Origin: a virus
Lineage: Duplodnaviria; Heunggongvirae; Uroviricota; Caudoviricetes
Length of the DNA stretch: 53,728 nt
Strand: one strand, 5' to 3'
IMG/VR virus record: IMGVR_UViG_3300033233_000005
Positions 46,991-53,728 of the stretch are shown here, piece after piece; the first letter of the stretch is position 1, and every line of letters begins with the position of its first letter. The position numbers were made by a program, and so were the translations under genes. Under the pieces are notes generated by a model, which searched no databases, was not told the DNA's origin, and saw nothing but the letters and a program-made list of their open reading frames with translations.

Positions 46991-47707
46991 ATGCCAGGTG
47001 GAATAGTTTCAGGCATATCAGATGGGATTGATGGTGCGATACCGCATGATCCATCATTGAACGTTCCTGCACGTATACTGCCATCGGTCGCATCAGTTTC
47101 AACCTTCTCTGCTACACTTGTAGACGGAGACGGTGGCATTCTAATTCCAGTATCACTAACTGGGATTAATCGCGTGCTATACGTGTGGGCTTCTACTGAA
47201 GCCGGTGGCACCGGAGCATTCTTCACAGTTGAATACAATGGCACACCACTGACTCTATTTCAGAATGCTGGTAGAGTACCAGGATGGTATATTGTTGCTC
47301 CAGACGATGGAATGCATGACCTACTATTCGCGTACAACAGTGGCGGTTCTGATTCTCAACGTGTACGTGGCGGTGTAATAGGTCTTATAAATGCCTCACA
47401 GGAAACCATCCCACATCGAGAACCAGTAGCACTTGGATCTGCCGGTGGGAGTCCAACTGAATTCACTTTTGTGCCCATGACCACTGAAACCGGAGATGTC
47501 ATGATTGACAATTTGTTCCTGGCAGTAGATGTAACTGGCGATTCACCAGGTTTTGGACAAATTGAACGGTGGAATTTGGACACCCCTCCTCCGGAAGCAG
47601 GTGATGGCAGTACTAAAACTAGTTCTGGAGTTACTGATACAATGTCATGGACGGTTGGTGCTGGCTCGGCATGGGATTATGCCGGAATTTCGGTGAAACC
47701 AGCATGA
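46991..47707 (+). CDS. virion appendage/decoration protein (putative)
   Basis: Same MPGGIVSG N-terminus with a different beta-rich C-terminus. Confidence 0.6.
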   Translation: MPGGIVSGISDGIDGAIPHDPSLNVPARILPSVASVSTFSATLVDGDGGILIPVSLTGINRVLYVWASTEAGGTGAFFTVEYNGTPLTLFQNAGRVPGWYIVAPDDGMHDLLFAYNSGGSDSQRVRGGVIGLINASQETIPHREPVALGSAGGSPTEFTFVPMTTETGDVMIDNLFLAVDVTGDSPGFGQIERWNLDTPPPEAGDGSTKTSSGVTDTMSWTVGAGSAWDYAGISVKPA

Positions 47708-47868
47708 CAGTAACTGCCTCATTGTTAACTAAAGATCCAGAAGGTGGAAATCCAATTGTTACACCGATTTCGGTTACTAAATCGACTCTTGCGTTGGCTC
47801 TAGCAGATTTACAGGATCAAGCTGATACAGCGCAGGGGATGCTCTTAAACGTCACAATTCAGAGCTAG
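47704..47868 (+). CDS. small hypothetical protein
   Basis: ATGA overlap. Confidence 0.5.
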   Translation: MTVTASLLTKDPEGGNPIVTPISVTKSTLALALADLQDQADTAQGMLLNVTIQS

Positions 47869-47877
47869 GAGGATAAT

Positions 47878-48624
47878 ATGGCCAAACCATTTGCGATATT
47901 TAACAGTGGCGTAACAACAGATACTAGCCCACTGATAACAGCATCCAATAGATTAAATGCTGTAGTAAATACAGAAGACCCAACTATCTTGTACGAGGAT
48001 TTTCATACCTACGCTGTTGGACCGTTAGGTGGCCAGGGACTATGGCCACCACAAACCGGTGGTGCCAACCCACAGATAAAAGTGGTGGGTGGGTCACTCG
48101 TAGATGGAGTAAAATCATTACAGTGGTTTGATACCGGTGGTGGAGTAACTACACCAGGTGGCACTCAATTCTTGCTCCCTACGCCTATCCTATCCAATCA
48201 AACCGCTCGCATATCGCTCAGAGCACGGGTTAATGTAGGTGCTGTGATGGCAGTGAACACCGATCCATTCATCTCATTCGCTGCTGGGCCTATGGATCTG
48301 AGTGGGTTCTCTACCGATTCCTTTGACATTTCATTTAAATATGATGCTGGATTGGTAGCACAGGTTGTTACAGTATATGATGGCACAGATCCAGGTGGAC
48401 TTGAATTCAATACTGGATTGGCCGCTGGTATACCATTTACTATGAGATTTGAATTAAGCGGTAATGGTATGTATGTGGGATATATAAATAATGGCTTGTC
48501 TATACCTAGTCGTCAAATGTATCCTGGCAATGAGAACATAGATCGCTATTTCCTAGCTGGTACCGGCACTCCTCCACCGGACGTAATAGCCATAGATTCT
48601 ATTAGATTCGAGTATACAATATAG
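47878..48624 (+). CDS. beta-sandwich (lectin/ConA-like) virion protein (putative)
   Basis: AGGAGG SD; EDFHTY..G...GQ..W...IDSIRF pattern. Confidence 0.55.
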   Translation: MAKPFAIFNSGVTTDTSPLITASNRLNAVVNTEDPTILYEDFHTYAVGPLGGQGLWPPQTGGANPQIKVVGGSLVDGVKSLQWFDTGGGVTTPGGTQFLLPTPILSNQTARISLRARVNVGAVMAVNTDPFISFAAGPMDLSGFSTDSFDISFKYDAGLVAQVVTVYDGTDPGGLEFNTGLAAGIPFTMRFELSGNGMYVGYINNGLSIPSRQMYPGNENIDRYFLAGTGTPPPDVIAIDSIRFEYTI

Positions 48625-48654
48625 TTGACAGAGATTTACTCATCACTATATACT
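48625..48654 (+). promoter_or_regulatory. sigma70-type promoter
   Basis: TTGACA-18 nt-TATACT; ATG 48666 has no SD. Confidence 0.65.
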
Positions 48655-48665
48655 AAGTATAGCCC

Positions 48666-48989
48666 ATGGCTTGGACAATTAAGGCAGAAGAGAGTATAGA
48701 GGAACATCAGCTTAGCTTATTGCTGAATAGGCTAAAAGATGTTTTCGTTGATTCTGTTGATGGATATTTGCAACAGATCGATGCTGCCGGGTCCGAGAAA
48801 GAAGTAGACGGCGTTCTCACTGATCTTAATAACTATATCAAGGCTTCTAGGAAAGAATTCGATAGCGTAATCAACAATTTAGCCAATAGAGTAACAGGCA
48901 GAATAGCTGCTAGTGCAGAAGCTAAGCGCCAGTCTCTCAGTGGAACCAAACCACCGGCTAGATCAGAACCCATTGAGGAGGTGAAATAG
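48666..48989 (+). CDS. helical hypothetical protein
   Basis: Starts MAWTIKAE. Confidence 0.7.
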   Translation: MAWTIKAEESIEEHQLSLLLNRLKDVFVDSVDGYLQQIDAAGSEKEVDGVLTDLNNYIKASRKEFDSVINNLANRVTGRIAASAEAKRQSLSGTKPPARSEPIEEVK

Positions 48990-48991
48990 TT

Positions 48992-50458
48992 ATGTCAAAG
49001 AAGATAGATGAGCAGATGGTACCCCTATCAGCTGTAACCAAGCTGGTGGAGGAAGCATCTGTTAAGACTGCTGACCGGTTGATGGCCGCTATCGGAGTGG
49101 ACGATAGTATGGGAACCAAGCACTTATCGACTGAATCAGAACGTATGATGACTGAGCAGGGAGAACCCGAGGAAGCTCGTGAGAAGCTACGCAAGATGCT
49201 CGATGAACTCCCCGTAGAGGCTCAGGATACATGGCTACGCACTTACTATTCTTCGCGTGAATATGCTAAGGGAGAACCCGATCTGAAGGTTAGAGCTGAA
49301 GAATACGCAGCTCGTACCGCTTGGGATTCAGTCAAGCGGAAGTTTACTAAGGACGGAGATGCATGGAAGCAGATCGGGGCTGCCGTAACATTTGATACGA
49401 TATCTGGTAAGTGGGTAGTTACCCATTCCAGTCTAGCGCAACCAATGGAATTTTCAGACCAGAAGGATGCCGAGGCACTATTTTCTTTGGTCACCGCCAA
49501 AGAGAAGCCATTTGTGAATTGGAATGGAAACAAGCAGGCATACGAAGTTACTCATCGTTCTTGGGAAGATCCGGTGGTCGCCAAGACCCTGGACGATGCT
49601 GTTGGCATCGCGGCCCGTAAAATGAAGGACGAAGGGTGGTCTGATACTGAGATAACCGCAGAAACCCAGAAATTGATAGAATCCGCTAAGAAGGAGGCAG
49701 TTATGGCAGCGACTTATGTAGACAAGGGTGCTACTCCCAAGGGAGATCAACTGCACTCCGATCATTCTAGCATCCCGGAGCCTAAGGTAGCCGGTACTAC
49801 TACTGTTGAGACTCCGCATGATACGATCCCCAAGAGTACTGGGAAGGGTGCTATGCAGTTTAAGCATACCGAATCTGCTGCCGGATTCGATAAGCTAGTG
49901 GAACAGCTGGCCCGGTCCAAGGGGTTGATCAAAGAAGCGTCTGAGGTAGCAGGCATTGATGTTGATGCCGCTGTATTGGTCTGGCGCACTGGTTTGACTG
50001 TTGAAGCCGATGCCAAGCAGAACGTTAAGGGTGGACCAAGCAAGGATCTAGTAAGTGGCGTGGGCGCACCAACTGATAAGATCTCCCAGCCCAGGGAAGG
50101 GCATCCTAAGGTTCCAGGATATGTTAATACTGAGGGTCTGGCGATGGACACTCTGCCTAAGAGCGATCTCAGCCAATCAATTGAATTCAAGCACAAGGAT
50201 GGGGCTGCCAAATTTGATCGCCTGGTGGACCAGCTTAAGAAGCAGAAGGGTCTAACGACCGAGATGCAGAAGCTGGCATCGGAACAGGGCGTAGACGTGG
50301 CTTCTACCGCCTGGAAGAGGGGTGCCAAGGCACTCAAGAAGAAGTACAGCAAGGGCAAGAAAGGTTTTGATCGTTCTGCCTGCGTAGCCGACTTGACCGC
50401 TGCTGGCATCCAGAATGCAGAGGCATTTGCCAACTGGCTAAGCAACGTAGAGGAATAG
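48992..50458 (+). CDS. putative internal head protein with two 36-aa repeats
   Basis: GAGGAGGTGA SD; repeats at 49820-49927 and 50147-50254. Confidence 0.7.
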   Translation: MSKKIDEQMVPLSAVTKLVEEASVKTADRLMAAIGVDDSMGTKHLSTESERMMTEQGEPEEAREKLRKMLDELPVEAQDTWLRTYYSSREYAKGEPDLKVRAEEYAARTAWDSVKRKFTKDGDAWKQIGAAVTFDTISGKWVVTHSSLAQPMEFSDQKDAEALFSLVTAKEKPFVNWNGNKQAYEVTHRSWEDPVVAKTLDDAVGIAARKMKDEGWSDTEITAETQKLIESAKKEAVMAATYVDKGATPKGDQLHSDHSSIPEPKVAGTTTVETPHDTIPKSTGKGAMQFKHTESAAGFDKLVEQLARSKGLIKEASEVAGIDVDAAVLVWRTGLTVEADAKQNVKGGPSKDLVSGVGAPTDKISQPREGHPKVPGYVNTEGLAMDTLPKSDLSQSIEFKHKDGAAKFDRLVDQLKKQKGLTTEMQKLASEQGVDVASTAWKRGAKALKKKYSKGKKGFDRSACVADLTAAGIQNAEAFANWLSNVEE

Positions 50459-50467
50459 CACTGGAGT

Positions 50468-50719
50468 ATGCCAGCTCCTACAGCTGCGCAGATCCAGGGA
50501 TTCCTAGAAACCGCTCTTAAGACTGAATTCGTTAATAGAGAAGTGGTTGATGGACAATTGGTAGAAAAAACAGGAGAATTGCCACCCAATATGGTTAAGT
50601 TAGTGCGAGCGCTATCGGTTGGTCTAGCCAATCAATGGTCTGTGTGGCAAGCTACTCAGGGCATTGCTGGCGTTACTGTTGGTGTCGGGTCTGTGCCTGG
50701 ACCAGCTGCGTTACCATAA
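50468..50719 (+). CDS. hypothetical protein
   Basis: GGAG SD. Confidence 0.65.
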   Translation: MPAPTAAQIQGFLETALKTEFVNREVVDGQLVEKTGELPPNMVKLVRALSVGLANQWSVWQATQGIAGVTVGVGSVPGPAALP

Positions 50720-51267
50720 TGGAATCTCAGACCTGGCATATCTTGCAGTTGTCCATGGTAATGGGCAAGAAGCCGAAGGATATAAAAGTGGGTGACTCCT
50801 TCGACTGGTATAATGTATCGGGTAAGATCAGCAACATCGCTGGTGATCAGGTCACTATTCATCTAGGTTCAACTGGTGGTACTATTATCACGGGGGACGT
50901 AGCTGAATCCTACACAGAAAATGTACAGAGGGAAGTTAACAATCCCATGCATCCTCTGGATATGCTTGATGATCAGAGTGTAGAACCTCTGGGACCAAGC
51001 GACGGATTCGTTCCATTTAAGCGTGCTAAGCCTGGCGATATGAGCCCATTTGGTACACCGGCCACTCCTGAAGTTAATCAGGGAGAAGTAGCTGGACAGG
51101 GAGAAAAGAGTTTTACATGGCCAAATGGAGAATTGAAAGAGATTCACCCTCCTCTTATGCGCAATAGCCCAGCACCAGACGAACCACATGGTGATGTAAG
51201 GTATTCTAAGATAGATGACGCTCGGGAGATGTTAGCTATATTTAAGCATATGGAGGGAAATAAATAA
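50719..51267 (+). CDS. hypothetical protein with SH3/KOW-like N-terminus
   Basis: TAATG overlap; IKVGDSF...GKI. Confidence 0.6.
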   Translation: MESQTWHILQLSMVMGKKPKDIKVGDSFDWYNVSGKISNIAGDQVTIHLGSTGGTIITGDVAESYTENVQREVNNPMHPLDMLDDQSVEPLGPSDGFVPFKRAKPGDMSPFGTPATPEVNQGEVAGQGEKSFTWPNGELKEIHPPLMRNSPAPDEPHGDVRYSKIDDAREMLAIFKHMEGNK

Positions 51268-52331
51268 TGGCATGGACTAGGACCGCGACGATGGCTAGGC
51301 ACGAACTTCTACAGCATATCAATGCTGAGATGAAGAAGATGTTCGTTGATCTGGCACCCGGAGAGGTATTCTCCTTGAATGAAAAGTCAAAGCAGTTCGC
51401 CTTCATTCATGCCGACCCAGCCAAGGATCAATTAGTGGTCAGAGAAGCCCTACCGGGTGGGCACAAAGGCGCTGAGATATCTCTTCCCCTATCAGCTTAC
51501 AAAGATAGGGAATTGGTAATACACCAAGCTGCAGACGAAACGGCTGATGCAGGTACTACCGAGAAATATTCAGAAGACGACCGGGTAAAGCATCGCGTGC
51601 ACGGCAATGTTGGCACAGTAATCTTCATCAATGAGAAGAAATATCCAGATATGGATATCATAGTAAGATGGGACGAACCTCTAAACGGGTACGAAGTTAC
51701 TGAGACTCACCCAGGTGAGACCGAAATCCTTGGTGAAAAGGCTTCTGGTGAAATCGCTGACCTAGCACACAAGGCCAGAAACTTCTACATGCAGACGGAT
51801 TCCAAGCAGGATGCCGATTTCGTTAACAAGATCAAGGATGAAGTAGTGAAGGAGATCAAGACCAGCATAGATGTCCCATCTCCTTCTGAGATCATCAGAA
51901 AGGAATTGGATAAGGCAGCTTCCACATTAGAGGCTGAAGTCATTTCCTCATTCGCGGTTGATCTAAAACCTATCACCCATGCTGGTATGCTCTCGGTTAC
52001 AGCAGGAGCATACAATTACGAAATAGATCATTTGTCGGATCTAATGGGTGATTATTATTCTACGGTTTTGAATAAGGTTGCAATGGTTACTAAGTCTTAT
52101 GATCTACAACCAATTGTAACCGAGAAGATCCTACGCAGGATGGCTCAATCGGTACTAGACGGTTATTTCCTCACTAGAGAAGGCTACATCAGACGCCACA
52201 AGGGACGCTGGGGAGTATTTTCGAAGAAGGGCAAGCTACTTGGCACTCATCCTTCAAAAGAAAAGGCCCAGGCTCAACTGCGGGCAATCGAATGGAGGAA
52301 GCGTCAGGGAACTTATGAAGAGCTTAGCTAA
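51267..52331 (+). CDS. modular putative head protein
   Basis: MAWTRTA start; SH3-like DDRVKH..HGNVGTV; C-terminal YIRRHKGRWGVFSKKGKLLGTHPSKEKAQAQLRAIE. Confidence 0.7.
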   Translation: MAWTRTATMARHELLQHINAEMKKMFVDLAPGEVFSLNEKSKQFAFIHADPAKDQLVVREALPGGHKGAEISLPLSAYKDRELVIHQAADETADAGTTEKYSEDDRVKHRVHGNVGTVIFINEKKYPDMDIIVRWDEPLNGYEVTETHPGETEILGEKASGEIADLAHKARNFYMQTDSKQDADFVNKIKDEVVKEIKTSIDVPSPSEIIRKELDKAASTLEAEVISSFAVDLKPITHAGMLSVTAGAYNYEIDHLSDLMGDYYSTVLNKVAMVTKSYDLQPIVTEKILRRMAQSVLDGYFLTREGYIRRHKGRWGVFSKKGKLLGTHPSKEKAQAQLRAIEWRKRQGTYEELS

Positions 52332-53728
52332 ATGGCTAGAACGAAAGCACGTACTGATTCCCAGATATTTGGGAAGAATTTAACACTAGGCGGAACTGAC
52401 GCAAGCACAGGTTTTGGTGATGTCGGTGCCGCGATTGTTACACTCCGCCCTAATACCGCAGACACTACCAGTCCACAGCTAGTAATCCAGTCTAGGACTG
52501 GCGGTATTACCGACGTAGTTATGTCGGTAGAAGCCAGCACACTAATACAGGGTAATCTAACTGTAAACGGCTCTATTATCGGTGCTGATTTAACTGTACC
52601 GTTTGGTCCTGCATTCCCGATCATACCGGCTCCTACTACTGCAGACTTATTCTTCAGAACCGATTTGAATGAATTCTTTATATTCAATGGTGTGTCCTGG
52701 CAGAATGCTGGTGCAGGATTATCCCATACTGCACTCACCAATATAGGAACTAATACTCACCCTCAGATAGATACCCATATAGCTGCGACATCAGCGCATG
52801 GCACTGTTGGTAATATAGTTGGTGAGGATAATGTTCAAACTCTTACTGGGAAAACGTTAACTACTCCAGTAATTGGCGATTTCACCAATGCCGGTCATGA
52901 TCACTCAAATGTAGTGGGCGGCGGTCAAATCGACCATGATGATCTGACCAACGTCACTCCTGACCAGCATCATGCTCGTGACCATGTAATCGCCACGACC
53001 GCTGGTTTGGGACTAACTCATACTACCAGCGGACTCACATCTGGCCAGGTATTAAAGGCAACCGGTGCCACTGCTGCGGCATTTACCGTATTGGATCATA
53101 CCGAATTAACCAGCATTGGCACAAATACGCATGCCGCTATAGATACTCATATATCGTCTAGTTCTGGTGTGCATGGTGTAACTGGCAATGTGGTGGGAAC
53201 AACAGATACGCAGACCCTCACCAACAAGACATTAACTGTGCCAGTCATAGGAGATTTTACCAATGCGCAGCATAACCATAGCAATGCTGCTGGTGGGGGT
53301 ACTGTTAGCCATACTGACCTTAGCAGCATTGGTACTAATACTCATGCTCAAATAGACACCCACATAAGCTCTGCTTCTGGTGTACATGGCATTACTGGAG
53401 CAGTTGTTGGTACGACAGATACACAGACATTAACCAATAAATCTTTAACTGATCCAGCTATCGATGCATCCGGTGGATCACTGATTCTACCACGCCTATC
53501 TGCTGATCCCACCGGATTAGAAGAAGGGCAAATATATTGGAGAGAATCTAATAATATCGTCAAGATATACGACGATGGAGCCTGGCGATTCTTCAAACCA
53601 GCCACATCTACCGGCCTGAGAACTGGCGGTATTCTATCGATCAATGGTGGAGATAATACCAAATTCGACATTTCTGCTGGTACCGGGATCGTAGCAGACA
53701 ATGCCACGGATTCCAATAATCCAACTAC
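52332..53728 (+). CDS. fibre/tail-fibre protein, 5' part (open at the window end; not in the ORF track)
   Basis: ATG right after the previous TAA; reads open to 53728; three H-x2-L-x2-IGTNTH-x2-IDTHI repeats. Confidence 0.8.
   Translation, partial: MARTKARTDSQIFGKNLTLGGTDASTGFGDVGAAIVTLRPNTADTTSPQLVIQSRTGGITDVVMSVEASTLIQGNLTVNGSIIGADLTVPFGPAFPIIPAPTTADLFFRTDLNEFFIFNGVSWQNAGAGLSHTALTNIGTNTHPQIDTHIAATSAHGTVGNIVGEDNVQTLTGKTLTTPVIGDFTNAGHDHSNVVGGGQIDHDDLTNVTPDQHHARDHVIATTAGLGLTHTTSGLTSGQVLKATGATAAAFTVLDHTELTSIGTNTHAAIDTHISSSSGVHGVTGNVVGTTDTQTLTNKTLTVPVIGDFTNAQHNHSNAAGGGTVSHTDLSSIGTNTHAQIDTHISSASGVHGITGAVVGTTDTQTLTNKSLTDPAIDASGGSLILPRLSADPTGLEEGQIYWRESNNIVKIYDDGAWRFFKPATSTGLRTGGILSINGGDNTKFDISAGTGIVADNATDSNNPT

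Noticed and set aside
502-53716. Minus-strand ORFs in the track (for example 37092-37757, 41504-42112, 49762-50631)
   Set aside because: All are antisense shadows of well-supported plus-strand genes, without SD or motifs

Overview
A 53.7 kb fragment of a large tailed dsDNA bacteriophage (Caudoviricetes). All credible genes are on the + strand, tightly packed, read in the standard bacterial code, and served by AGGAGG-type ribosome-binding sites and sigma70-like promoters. The left part (1-26.7 kb) covers nucleotide metabolism, recombination and replication: a sigma-region-2/Zn-ribbon protein, PurZ, SSB-like protein, tRNA-Ser, RecA, Holliday-junction resolvase, UvsW-like helicase, PurB, HIRAN, primase-helicase fusion, dUTPase-like protein, DnaE, SbcCD and NrdJ. 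The right part (26.7-53.7 kb) covers packaging and head assembly: TerS, TerL, about 10 putative head proteins, portal, prohead protease, scaffold, major capsid protein, neck and decoration proteins, and the start of a fibre gene. The main result is an adenylosuccinate synthetase homologue with the diagnostic PurZ residues (QYGSTGKG, NFLN), together with a phage-encoded PurB and a family C polymerase. This points to a largely self-contained 2-aminoadenine (Z-DNA) pathway of a different architecture from the described DpoZ/PrimPol phages, which use host PurB. Z incorporation itself is an inference, and no DatZ or MazZ gene is visible in this window. Other notable items are a free-standing copy of the portal clip segment, three unassigned structured RNAs or leaders, an operator pair at nrdJ, and a shared N-terminal W-T-x-(x)-A motif on putative head proteins. 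All family assignments come from motif recognition by eye; no database search was run.
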